From Eledone cirrhosa (Eukaryota): 64,000 bases of DNA. Both the position numbers and the translations under genes were made by a program. Shown here one piece after another: positions 43,119 through 56,455 of the stretch; within the stretch, counting starts at the first letter, position 1, and every line of letters starts with the position of its first letter. The DNA is taken from NCBI GenBank assembly GCA_964016885.1, contig OZ024743.1, positions 1,550,001-1,614,000 of the forward strand. The letters are read 5' to 3'. The notes under the pieces were generated by a model that saw only the letters and a list, made by a program, of their open reading frames with translations, was not told where the DNA came from and ran no database searches.

Positions 43119-43983
43119 CTATTATATAAAATAAAATAAACAATATTAATATAGAATATACTAGTAAATCAATTGCTATGAAATAAATGATTATTTAATA
43201 ATGGTTAGTTTGAAGCAGTAGTAATTACTCAAATGTTATTTTTTTTCCCGCGGAGGTCTAACAGTAGTTACCAAAAGGTCTCGGGTAGCATGTTTTAAAA
43301 GAATGTAATCTTGAATATTTTGCCTGAAAAAAACAATGAGTGGCTAACTGTGAAATATAGGCCTATTAAATCAAGATGGACTTAGGGTTAAACAACAACA
43401 AAGGGAGAGAATTTCTACCTCATATATAGTGTATGGCTAACTGAACAAATGATTTGTTTCGTTTCTACTTGCTACTGTGTAAAGAGAGGAGGACTAAAAG
43501 TTGGAGAATACACGTGAGTGGAGGAAGGAAATAAAGAAAGGGGATGTACAAGACAAGTTTACACATACATTTTCACCCTCAGCTGCTCTCAAACTAGTAA
43601 AATATTGTCGCACGATTTAATTGAGAGTACCCTTTTAGAATGCTGGATGATGCAATAGAAATTTAAATCTATATATTCAAAATAGGGGTGCTCAGAACAA
43701 AGATAATGGAAAATAAACAACGGAAAAACAGACAGTCCCATCTCCTCAGTCAACCTCTGGAAATCACTATGGTTTTGGTAATTAAAGTTGGTACCCTATA
43801 TTCCAGTGCACATTGTGACATAACAAGAGACAGGTATGCCTTTAGGCAAATTACCCAAATATTGAAGCATCCTAAGTGAGTCAGCTGACAAAGAAGGGAT
43901 AGAACCGTGCGCGAGGGCTTAGCCAAAAGTGAAATATAGAAAGAAATATATATAAATATATAAATATATATATATATGCATAC

Positions 43984-44046
<63 letters not shown>

Positions 44047-44195
44047 ATATTTTAATTTTAATTATATCTCATATAAAATAATACAACTGGCTTTCCGCAA
44101 ACGTAAAATTGGGATTATACTAAGGTATATCCTAATGTTTGTTGAGTGAGATGGAAGCCAGTCAGAGTATAGCTTAAGGCTTTCTCTGTTAATGT

Positions 44196-44233
<38 letters not shown>

Positions 44234-44252
44234 TACATACATATATACTTAC

Positions 44253-44385
44253 CAACCGTACTGACACGATAAACAGAAAAATCATATCGTCCTCCGCATG
44301 TGTCACCGTTATGGCATTTGTACCTGCATGTATTTGCTGGCCCATAATACCCATACCAGTAATCACAGACACATATCGTTCCACT
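44253..44385 (-). CDS. Gene A: WSC domain 1, second half
   Basis: tttctttcag/gtaagt, 133 nt, phase 0-1; SGTICVCDYWYGYYGPANTCRYKCHNGDTCGGRYDFSVYRVSTV. Confidence 0.92.
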
Positions 44386-44409
44386 CTGAAAGAAAAAGGA
44401 AAACAAGAT

Positions 44410-44592
44410 AATAATTGTTTCTACTTTTGGCACAAGGCCAGCAATTACCCAGTGCATTACTGGTACTTTATTTTATCGAACCTGTAAGGATGAAAGGCAA
44501 AGTTAACCTCAGCGGGATTTGAATTCAGAATGGCAAGGGCCGTAACTCTATGCGTCAAAGCATGGCGTCTGACCCTCTACCGATACTGCTAA
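44410..44592 (-). mobile_element. tRNA-derived SINE ending ~25 nt upstream of an acceptor
   Basis: Reverse complement of the consensus. Confidence 0.85.
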
Positions 44593-45134
44593 ACCTGTAC
44601 TAAACCTTTATATGATTATATATGCTATATTTACAATTAATCTAATTCCCATTGTCAAGCTACCTTCCGTCTGTAACCTTTATCTATACAATGCACTACT
44701 GGTGTTGAACGTGCACAAGTCAATCTGACAACATGAGAATATTTAAAGGATGGGGACGTTGTGTGTAACTGCAGCATCGAACCACAGACTACGGAGCACC
44801 CCTGCACATCATTGGACTTGGTAGAATTTAATGAGAAAGAACAGCAATGTGTTCAGCTGTGGCAGAACCACATCTAGCCAAGCTTCGTAGCTGACACTCC
44901 TGTGGACACGATAAGAAAGAAAGACTACTTCCGTGAAAATCCATCATTTCACATGAATTCATTTTCTTCATCACCCGTACTACCTTAATCACATATAGTG
45001 AAATTTTCCTTTTTCGCAACAAAATAAAGCATAAATTGTTATTGCTAAATCAAATGTTCTCGTGCACGACAGAGGCACGTTGTAGTGACCGAGTGATTAT
45101 GTATTACCTATCTATCTATCTATCTATCTATCTA

Positions 45135-45213
<79 letters not shown>

Positions 45214-45251
45214 CTATACATATATATATATATATAAATATATATATATAT

Positions 45252-45333
<82 letters not shown>

Positions 45334-45374
45334 ATACATTTACCTTTCTATTTGTATCTATCTACATATCTATT

Positions 45375-45421
<47 letters not shown>

Positions 45422-46204
45422 GAAAAGAATGAAACGAAATTTCATTTCTCACTCTTAGTACGGCTGATACCTAAATATATACATACTTATATATATATAT
45501 CAATCTATTTATTTATCTATCTATCCATATATCTATCTATCAGATCAGGCATGCTGGTCGATGTACGTATTGTGACACATACACTTAAATTTTAAATTTT
45601 TTTTACCCATCATTATACCCAAGACATTTGAGACAAAACGATTTTGAACAAACTGCATATTACGCAAGTGTCCATATCTAATAAAGCCTACATCAATTTA
45701 CTATAAATTATGCAAGCTTGACCACATCAATTTAGGCCTGTTTTGCATAGAAACAACATCCTAGCAGGAGAAATATTGTTTGTTAATGGTCTCATTAACA
45801 AATAATTTAATCAGTAAACATTTTAAATTACTTTGAAGATAATTTTATCTTGTACGTAACCACAAGGTTTAAAAGTCTCAACATGATTAAATCGACACCA
45901 CGAATCACCGGTTGATTTTCAACGCGCAAAATACCAGCTAAATATCTCTCAAATCACACGTTACGTTCCACATGATAAACCTAATTATTTGTCACATTTA
46001 AAACACATTTCATCATAGCTCTTCTCGGTCATAGCTGACCAGGGACTAAACAACAATAATTGATGCTTTCATGAAACTAATAAAAGTCAAAGCAGACCTC
46101 ACTAATTTTTTTAATGAACCGAGAAATATAATATTCATTCCGACGTGCTATTAGTTCTGTTAGCTCAAAGACCTTGATTACGATAATGCAATGAAACCAA
46201 ATAC

Positions 46205-46329
46205 CTGTAATCCTGCGAATGGCTTTTCTTGCTTTCTGCAGATATCAGCGCATTCACCAACGCTTGATACGTGTTGTACGTGTCGAAATGGATTTATGAA
46301 TCGGGGTCCAGTAAAACATCCAAGAGGTA
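46205..46329 (-). CDS. Gene A: WSC domain 1, first half
   Basis: tttcag acceptor, CAG|gtattt donor, 125 nt, phase 1-0; VPLGCFTGPRFINPFRHVQHVSSVGECADICRKQEKPFAGLQ. Confidence 0.9.
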
Positions 46330-46684
46330 CTGAAACGTGTTATAATATAGATTTCAAACGAAATACAAATAAGGAATTGAAAATAATATTTACAAGACTT
46401 TCAACATCATTTTTATTATTTGGAAAAATATATTTTCTACATTTCTCTCATTGCTAAAACGATTGAGATAGGGCTGTAATCAATGAAATCAACTTTCTTA
46501 ATTGATGTGTAGCTACTTGGAAATATGTGAACTCACGCTTTGGAAATATGTGAACTCACGATGTAAAGAAAAGAAAGAAAATACTTATGTATTTTTTTAA
46601 ATAGACATACACGCTCGCACACATGCACATACATACATACATACATACATACATACATACATACATACATACATACATACATAC

Positions 46685-49600
46685 AATGGCGACCGTTGTG
46701 GTCAGTGTCCGATAATCGGACGTGTGTAATTACGGCTTATATGAAGGCAACATACCATATATTGGAAAAAGTTGAGCTACATTACGCGGTAAGATTACAT
46801 ACAATAATTCTACATAAGTGTTTGAACTGTGTGTTGTAAAACACCTATTTATATGAACGATACATACACTTATGATATATGAACGATACATATACTTTAA
46901 CATATAAATGCAACGTTGTTATATTTCATTTATAAAGAAATATACAAGTAACGTTTTCGATTCAGAAACAAAAACATAAGTGTTTGAACTGTGAATATGT
47001 TGTGAATAAGTTGTAGAACACCTGTTTATATGAATGATACATAAACTTTAACATAAATACAGCGTTGTTATATTATATTACATTCATAAAGGAATATACT
47101 AAGTAACGGTTCTTTTTGTTCTCGATTCAAACGATTCAAGAACAACGCTTAAAACACAGTTGTAGAATTAAAAACTAACTGAAAAGAAATATTACCCAAG
47201 CTGTGAATAACTTTAAATTTGATTCTGACAGAACTTTGTCGAAACTTTTAAAGAAGATCATCGACTATTTTGAAAAATAAATACGAAATATTAGTGAATA
47301 GACGAACTCATCATGGCAAAAAGTACAAGTCTCCTTCGACCAAATCGCAACTACAACCGTTGTATACAATGGAGCTACGAGCTTAACAAAGTATTATATG
47401 AAGCATACAAACAATCTGAACCCCAAAAGTTCGGTTTTATGCAAAGGCTAAAAACTTTATGGAACTCCAAACTCCAAACACCCAGAATTAGACTTTTCTC
47501 CAAAGCATCTAAATGAACAGGCAAAACGTATCATTAGATGTAAATTGATACATCTAACGGAATTGAGTGATACTACAAATACAGCCCTTGTAGACGACCA
47601 CCCCACCTCCACTGACAGACAAAGAGAATGGCCAGCTAAATCTAACAGTGAACAGCTCACCAAGAATTTTGCTGAAATCCATCCCACTTCCACTGAAGAA
47701 CAGCGAGAAAGGTCAGCTGACTCTAGTAGTAATTGTCACCACATCAACAACGAGGCTGAAATTCATGACTCTACTGAACAAACAGAGCACCAAAAACTTG
47801 TGGGCACCCTACAAGTGATATGGAACGATATGTTTCAAGAGATACACAGCCTTAATGTGAGTGACAGACCATACAACACCAGAATCAGTAAAGAACCCAC
47901 TAAATTGGAATTGGAAGCGGTGAACGAAATAGCTGGCAATTATCTGAAGGCTATACGATCTAAAGGTGTAGAAACGACATTTGAAACGCTTAATGTTTTG
48001 TTATATGTTTCAGCTGTCACATTGTTATCATATAACACACATCTAAAACCACACAATCAAGATACAAACAGAAAGCCTGAACCAGCGTGGATGCGAAATT
48101 TAAAAAGCAAAATTTTGTCCCTGAGACGAAGTATCTCACACATCGCAGTCGTTATGAAATGCAACATAGAGAGCAACTTCACACGACACCAGGAAGACCT
48201 AAAGAAAAAGTTAGAGAGACGATTTGGAGATACAAAATTTAAAACTTTGAACTCCAAATTACACCAGTTGAAACAACAACTCACAGCTACAACAGAAAGA
48301 CTAAAATATAAGTCAACAGCACATAAACGACAAGTGCTAAATAGATTGTTTGCCAGAGATCCTAAATCAGTTTATCGCAGCTTCAGTGGCAAAACTCAAT
48401 CCCTGTAAACGACACCCCTTCAAAAGAACAGATTGAGAGCTACTGGAGATCTGTATGGGAAACGGATGACGGATTCAACAGACAAGCTAATTGGCTAAAA
48501 GAACTGGAACAGGACTACTGCCAACATGTCCAGATAAAACAATATGAGATAGATGGGTCAATACTGGAAACAGCTCTACAGAAAATGTCGAATAGGAAAT
48601 CGCCAGGCCCAGACCTCATTACAGGATACTGGTTGAAGAATTTCCCTTTCTATCGGCAAGATCTCATACGGCTGTTTACAGAAACCATTAAAGGCACACA
48701 AGAACTGCCCAGATGGTTATCAACTGCCACTACTCTCCTCATTCACAAAAATAGCCAAACCACCCTTGCTAAAAATTACCGCCCAATAGCCTGCCAAAAC
48801 ATCATGTATAAATTATATACTGGGTGCCTTAACCTGTTCTTACAGGATCACTGTGCTACCAACAAAATCATAACACCTGAGCAAGCTGGTGGAAAGAGGG
48901 AGGTGTGGGGTTGCATAGATCACCTACTAACTAACAAAATGATTCAGGAAAAAACAACAAATAGTCGCAGAAACATGACTGTGGTGTGGCTGGACTATCA
49001 AAAAGCATTTGATAGTGTACCTCATGGGTGGATTATTAAGGCTTTACAGTTAGCTAAAGTCCCACAACCATTGGTAGTTGCTGTTGAACGCCTGACCAAG
49101 AACTGGTACACCAATTTGATCCTTAGAGGTGAGAAGGAGCAAGTTAAGACTGATAAGATACATTACCAGAAGGGCATCTTTCAGAGTGATAGCTTGTCAG
49201 TGCTACTCTTCGTTCTCTCACTGAATCCACTATCTTACTTACTCAGGAAACAAGGTGGACAAAGAAGTGGGCCCAGAAGTATCTCCCATCTTTTCTTTGT
49301 TGATGACCTGAAGTTGTATGGGCCAAATATCAATGACATCAAGAAACAATTGGACCTCATTACACAATTTTCAACTGACATCAAAATGAAATTTGGTGAG
49401 TCCAAGTGTGCATATTTGGCAGTAAAACGTGGAAGAGCTGTGCCCTCCTCTAGAAATCTAGAGATGAACGGCCTGACAATACAACCTCTGCAGCCAGGTG
49501 ACAACTACAGATATCTTGGACAGGATGAGAATGTCAGATATGATGGACCCATAAATAAGGAGAGAACCAGAACTGAATACCTCAGAAGAGTAAAGAAAAT

Positions 49601-50906
49601 ATGGTCATCAGAACTGTCAGCATACAACAAATACATTGCCCACAATACTTATGCTATGCCAATTCTAACGCCAACATTTGGCCTGCTGAACTGGTCATTG
49701 CAAGAACTAAGTGAGATGGATGTTAGAACTCGAAAACTTCTCAGTGTTACTGGGAACTTTAACATCAATGATGATGTGGATAGGCTATATTTCTCACGCA
49801 AGGAAGGTGGCCGGGGTCTAAAATCAATATTAACAACATATGAGACCCGGATAGTAACACTGAAGCAACACCTTCAACAGAGGAAAAAGGTTGGCAACCA
49901 TCTTGCCCAGGTTTATGAGCATGAAAAAAAAAATATCATTAGAATAGCGACTGATCTGGAGGAGAGATATGGAATAAAGCCTGATATAAATCTCTCACCC
50001 AGAGAAATCGGAAGATCCTATTCAATGTTCAAACAAGATAAAAAAATTGACCAATTTACAGAAAAAGTTGTGCATGGATACTTGAGGCGTAAAACACAGA
50101 CCATAGAGGGGATAAACCACTCAAAAAGCCTGGTATGGAGTTCCGACAAGTTTATGACATCACACCTTGAGGGATATCTCTATGCAATACAGAAACAAGA
50201 ACTCCCTACCAAATATCTGCTGCACAAAAGAGGAGGGCCAGCAGCTGACAATAAATGTAGGCTATGTAAAACAAAGATCGAGGATGTAAGCCACATTGTT
50301 GCCAGCTGCGAAAGAATGTCATCTCGCTACTACCTCCCCATGAGACACGATGGGAAAGCTAGAACCATCTGGAACGCACTTCGGAAAACAAAATTAACAA
50401 TAAACGAGGAGGAATATATTGAGACAGATGGCACTAAGGAATACTGGTGGAACCTGAAAATAAAAACTGCCACCAAATTAAAGCACAACCGGCCTGATAT
50501 TGTTGTTTGGGACCACACATTGAAAACGTGTTCTGTTGTGGAGATCAGCTGCCCACTTGATGTAAACGTTGTCAGGTAAATACAGGAGAAGGAGGACATC
50601 TACCGACCATTGATGAGGAGTTTACAAATCCAGTACCGAAGATACACCTTTAGCTTCATACCCATCATTATTGGAGCTACGGGTTATATACCAACCCGCT
50701 TGGACCAAAGTATGACTGAACTTGGATTTGCGGACAAAAAGCGCAGCTCCCTAATTCATAGTCTACAAATGGCTGCGATAGCTGGCACCTTCAAAATTTG
50801 CAAAACATTCTTGCGATTCAAGGGATGACAATTTCTTTTCTTTTACAACCTTGCCACCAGGAAGGTGGCCGGTCAAAAAATATACTCGAAATTAAGAGAA
50901 AGAGAT
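46685..50906 (+). mobile_element. Near full-length R4/Dong-like non-LTR retrotransposon (family A; RT + CCHC + restriction-like endonuclease), antisense in gene A intron 2
   Basis: Broken ORF 47313-50828: RT motifs DYQKAFDSV, GIFQSDSLS, FVDDLK; CRLC...HIVASC zinc knuckle; RHD and NRPDIVVWD..EISCP endonuclease; frameshifts ~47470 and ~48400 and a stop at 50577; (CATA)n on both flanks. Confidence 0.92.
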
Positions 50907-51379
50907 ACATACATACATACATACATACATACATACATACATACATGATGGCTGCAACTTGATTTCGAGTAATGATACTACTTGACACATGGGCAACACT
51001 GATGTGGCATTTTAGTCCTGCTAGGGACTTGCCTACGGTCAGTCACGCTATGCAGCGCAAACGATATCACATACCAAGCAATACCTGTACCAATCCCACT
51101 CTCGGAACATCGAATGCATTTACCCAAAAATCAGCCTCCTCACCAACTTTGTGGGATTGCCGGTTTAGTCGCCGATGACCCGACCGTGCACAGGTTGTAC
51201 TGGGTTACACGTTACCAGTAGCGCTGAAGAGCAACCTAATATACATATGTCACCTCATATGTCACCTACAATGGAAAAAGGCTCAAACGATGAAAGTATT
51301 AAAAGGTAAAATGTTATTTTTTGTACATGACACTCATTTCATACGTTATAAATTCACATATGTAATTTGATATACTTAC

Positions 51380-51418
51380 CAACGTTTGCATTAACACAGA
51401 AAACTGACAAACTGATTC
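51380..51418 (-). CDS. Gene A exon 2: signal peptide, C-terminal part
   Basis: tttttctgtag/gtaagt, 39 nt, phase 1-1; [13 protein letters not shown]. Confidence 0.82.
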
Positions 51419-51498
51419 CTACAGAAAAATAGAACATGAAATATGAATAAATATTTTTACAATATATAATAAATGCATGTTTAAAGACTGTATATATA

Positions 51499-51691
<193 letters not shown>

Positions 51692-52307
51692 ATGGGGAGA
51701 AAAAGACGATTATTAGGAAGAAAAATATTTTTTTTCCTTTTATTTTTTTTCTCTTTTTTCTGGGTTAGAAAATGTTTAAGTTTGGATGTTGGTTATATAT
51801 ATACTTCGTTTTTGAATTTGTTTAGCAAGATTTCTTATATCTGAAAACGTGTGTTGAAACAGATATTGTTATACTTTGGGAGGGTCATGCTACCAATAAA
51901 AACACACGCACCTGTTGGTTTTCACTACAATTTATTATATATTTTCGGTTGGTTGGTTGGTTGGTTGGTTGGTTCGATAACCGGATGGGTGTTTCTGTAT
52001 TGTCAAAGCTCTTTCGTCACACATTCTGTGACCTCCTCAGTGGTTGGATTTTTATTTTGTGTCCCTCCTTTGTTCTGTCCTAAACCATCTTGTTTTTGTG
52101 TGTTGTGTGCTGTGTATTGTGTGTTGTGTGTGATGTGTGCTGTGTGGCCATGCACGTCTCTCTACTGGATAGACGTGCATGGCCACCGGCTATATCACAA
52201 TGATTACATAATCTATGATTGCATAAGAATCTGACTAAGTCACATGTAACAGAAATATATATCATGCAATAAATAATTGTGCTGATTTAATCCCGTCTTA
52301 ACTACCA

Positions 52308-52493
52308 TTGAATTGGCAGTATCGGTAGAGGGTTGGACGCCATGCTTTCTAGCATAGTTACGTCCCTTTACAGTCTGAGTTCAAATCCCGCCGAGGTTAA
52401 CTTTGCCTTTCATCCTTACGGGGTCGATAAAATAAAGTACCAGTAATACACTGGGTAATTGCTGGCCTTGTGCCAAAAGTAGAAACAATTATT
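52308..52493 (+). mobile_element. tRNA-derived SINE
   Basis: A box, B box GAGTTCAAATCC, Nin-like core and tail. Confidence 0.87.
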
Positions 52494-52846
52494 TGATAAA
52501 TGAATACTCCGTCTCTCATTATGACCTACCTGGGATAAACTACTGGCGTGGAGTACTTTGGTCCGCTAGGAGCTGCTTATCATCAGGAAGATACAACGTA
52601 AAAAGATAAATAACACTCTTCTGCAACTAACATATATATATATATGAAAAATTCAGGACCCCACGAATGAGCTCCTGCCGTTGAATTTTTCATATTACCC
52701 GCTCTACTACCCCAAGTATCGAGTACTCTGGTAAGTAACGGTCTAATTGGTTTTTACTGCCTCCATTCTGATATATATATATATATATAATATATATAGA
52801 AATGGCTACTACAGGACTATAACTGTTTCATTCGAAGGAAATCATC

Positions 52847-52903
<57 letters not shown>

Positions 52904-52956
52904 GGTGTGTGTGTGTGTGTGTGTATTATATTAGCATAAAATAATAGAGAACTCAC

Positions 52957-52984
52957 CAATGAAAATCAAAATTGTTGGTTTCAT
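52957..52984 (-). CDS. Gene A first coding exon: MKPTILIFI (signal peptide start)
   Basis: caaaATG context, gtgagt donor, phase 1; with exon 2 gives [22 protein letters not shown]. Confidence 0.82.
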
Positions 52985-53061
52985 TTTGGACAGAAAATCT
53001 AGTCTCTGATTTCAGTAATGAAGAATCCACACCGCACTGCCAATGCAGTGACAGCACATTA

Positions 53062-53071
53062 TTTTTATATA
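53062..53071 (-). promoter_or_regulatory. Candidate TATA box of gene A
   Basis: TATATAAAAA on the minus strand ~80 nt upstream of the ATG; the AT-rich context lowers specificity. Confidence 0.5.
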
Positions 53072-53111
53072 AACTCCGTATATATAAACATATATATATA
53101 TAGATATATAT

Positions 53112-53153
<42 letters not shown>

Positions 53154-53317
53154 CGTTTCTGAATTTATCGACTGCGTAATATATATTTACATATGTGTAT
53201 ATACATGTCGATGTTGCTGTGGAGTGTTTGTGAAAGAACATTTCAGAAAGGATTAATGGGGATAAATATGGATATAAAATAGAAAAGACTGGATACAGAG
53301 TTAAGTCTATAAATAGT

Positions 53318-54314
53318 GTATGCATGTGTATAATAAACGTATGCATATGTATAATAAACGTATGCATGTGTATAATAAACGTATGCATGTGTATAATAAA
53401 CGTATGCATGTGTATAATAAACGTATGCATGTGTATAATAAACGTATGCATGTGTATAATAAACGTATGCATGTGTATAATAAACGTATGCATGTGTATA
53501 ATAAACGTATGCATATGTATAATAAACGTATGCATGTGTATAATAAACGTATGCATGTGTATAATAAACGTATGCATGTGTATAATAAACGTATGCATGT
53601 GTATAATAAACGTATGCATGTGTATAATAAACGTATGCATGTGTATAATAAACGTATGCATATGTATAATAAACGTATGCATGTGTATAATAAACGTATG
53701 CATGTGTATAATAAACGTATGCATGTGTATAATAAACGTATGCATATGTATAATAAACGTATGCATATGTATAATAAACGTATGCATATGTATAATAAAC
53801 GTATACATATGTATAATAAACGTATGCATATGTATAATAAACGTATGCATATGTATAATAAACGTATGCATATGTATAATAAACGTATGCATATGTATAA
53901 TAAACGTATGCGTATGTATAATAAACGTATGCATATGTATAATAAACGTATGCATATGTATAATAAACGTATGCGTATGTATAATAAACGTATGCGTATG
54001 TATAATAAACGTATGCATATGTATAATAAACGTATGCATGTGTATAATAAACGTATGCATATGTATAATAAACGTATGCATGTGTATAATAAACGTATGC
54101 GTGTGTATAATAAACGTATGCATGTGTATAATAAACGTATGCATATGTATAATAAACGTATGCATGTGTATAATAAACGTATGCGTGTGTATAATAAACG
54201 TATGCATGTGTATAATAAACGTATGCATATGTATAATAAACGTATGCATGTGTATAATAAACGTATGCGTGTGTATAATAAACGTATGCATGTGTATAAT
54301 AAACGTATGCGTAT
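53318..54314. repeat. 21-bp minisatellite (GTATGCRTRTGTATAATAAAC)n, ~47 copies
   Basis: Highly homogeneous; variation is almost confined to two A/G positions. Confidence 0.97.
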
Positions 54315-54382
54315 TCCCAGAAATAATCACTCAAGTTTACATACACCGATATATGCATAAGCACATGCATACATTCATGTAT

Positions 54383-55845
54383 AATAATAATTGCTTCTAT
54401 TTTTGGCACAAGGCCAGCAATTATCCCAGTACATTACTGGTACTTTATTTTATCGACCCCGTAAGGATGAAAGGCAGGGTTAACCTCAGCGGGATTTGAG
54501 CTCTTACTGTAAAGGGACGTAACTCTATGCTGCAAAGCATGGCATCCGGCCCTCTACCGATACTGCCAATCCACCACCCTTCATGTATAATAATAATGTT
54601 GGTTTATTTTTTAGAGACAAGGCCAGCTATTTGGGGGAGGGGAAAACCGATTAAATCTACCCCTGTGCATTACTGGTACTTTATTTTACCGACCACGTAA
54701 GGATGAAAGGCAAAGTTAACCTGTGCGGAATTTGAACTCCGAACGAAAAGGGCCGTAACGATAGTATATTGTCCGACGCTCTACCGATACTGCCAATCCA
54801 CCGCCTAATAATGGTTTCTACTTTTGGCACAAGGCCAGCAATTATCCAGTGCATTACTGGTACTTTATTTTATCGACCCCGTAAGGATGAAAGGCAAAGT
54901 TAACCACGGCGGGATTTGAACTCAGATCGTAAAGGGATGTAACTCTTTGCGTCAAAGCATGAATAATTATTATTATGTCCCTAATTGGCAGTATCGGTAG
55001 AGCGTCGGACAATATGCTTTATGGCATAAGGTTACGCTCCTTTACAATCTGAGTTCAAATACTGTCGAGGTTAGCTTTGCCTTCATCCTTACGCAGTCAA
55101 TAAAATAAAGCACCAGTAATGCACTGGGGTCGATTTAATCGACTTTCCCCTCCTCCAAAATTGCTGGCCTTCTGCCTAAAGTAGAAATGCTTATTATGTC
55201 CCTTCATGTACTGAGTTCAAATTCCGTCGATGTTAGCTTTGCCTTTCATCCTTACGGTGTCGATTAAGTAAAGTACCAGTCACGCACTGGTGGGGTCGAT
55301 TTAATCGACTTTTTCCCTCCCTCAATATTGCTGGCCTTGTGCCTATATAAGAACCCATTATTATTTGTCAAAATCGTTATAGAGCCGGAAGAAATGACTT
55401 GCGGCCTTTATTTACGGCCCATTCAGTTCTGAGTTCAATCGCACCGCGGTCCACTTTCATCCTTACGGAGTCGATAAAATAAAGTAGCCGTCAAGTACTT
55501 GCTTTAATTTAATCAACTTTGCTCTTTCCTAAAAACATTTATGAACTAAATTAGAAATTATTATTCTCTTGGTGCGCAGCACACCATGCTTTGCAGCATA
55601 GAGATGTGGTTCTTTACGGTCTGAGTTCAAATCCTGCCTAGGTTAGCTTTGCCTTTCATCCTTACTGGGTCGATAAAATATTGCACCAGTAATGCATTGG
55701 GGTCAATTTAAACGACTTTCCCTTTCCCAAAAAACTGTGAGCTTCTGCCTAAATCAGAAACCATTATTACTCTGGGGTCGATAAAATAAAGTACCAGTAA
55801 TACACTGGGATAATTGCTGGCCTTGTGCCAAAAGTAGAAACAATG
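54383..55845. mobile_element. Cluster of ~8 SINE copies/fragments: three on minus (54383-54962), then about five on plus (54984-55845)
   Basis: Repeated gcctttcatccttacgg / gtcgataaaataaagtaccag cores in both orientations. Confidence 0.88.
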
Positions 55846-56062
55846 TAAGTCGTTGTAATTGTCATTTGTTTTGTTTTTTTTAATATCGTTTGAGATTATA
55901 ATTTTCATGTAGGGAATTATTAACAGTTTGGCTTGTGTTTTCTTAAGAATTCTAAACCAATGTTGTTTAAGAGCACCAAAAAACAGCTGTTAAATTTTCT
56001 ATTACTTAAATCTATAAAAATTGATATTGTATGTATGTATGTATGTATACATGTATATATGT

Positions 56063-56403
56063 TATCTATTTCTCTTAATTTCGAGTATATTTGTTTGACC
56101 GCCCACCTTCCTGGTGGCAAGGTTGTAAAAGAAAAGAAATTGTCATCCCTTGAAATGCAAGAATGTCTTGCAAATTTTGAAGGTGCCAGCTATCGCAGCC
56201 ATTTGTAGACTATGAATTAGGGAGCTGCGCTCTTTGTCCGCAAATCCAAGTTCAGTCATACTTTGGTCCAAGCGGGTTGGTAGCTCCAATAATGATGGGT
56301 GTGAAGCTAAAGGTGTATCTTGGACTCTGGAATTTTAAACTCCTCATCAATGGTCCGTAGATGTCCTTCTTTTGTATTTTTCTGACAACGTTTACATCAA
56401 GTA
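56063..56403 (-). mobile_element. R4-like family A, short 5'-truncated 3' fragment
   Basis: Reverse complement of ~50556-50906; (TATG)n on both sides. Confidence 0.9.
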
Positions 56404-56455
56404 ATGTATGTATGTATACATGTATGTATGCATGTATGTATGCATGTATGTATGT

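Noticed and set aside
46685-46760. HDV-like ribozyme at the retrotransposon 5' end (as in R2)
   Set aside because: Only simple hairpins were found; I could not build the nested double pseudoknot by eye
52310-52395. tRNA gene from A/B-box motifs
   Set aside because: It is the head of a multi-copy SINE, with no cloverleaf or terminator
53318-54314. CRISPR-like array
   Set aside because: The repeats are contiguous with no unique spacers, there are no cas genes, and the context is eukaryotic
53065-54499. 350-420 aa ORFs on both strands
   Set aside because: Translations of the 21-bp minisatellite; no splice or domain support
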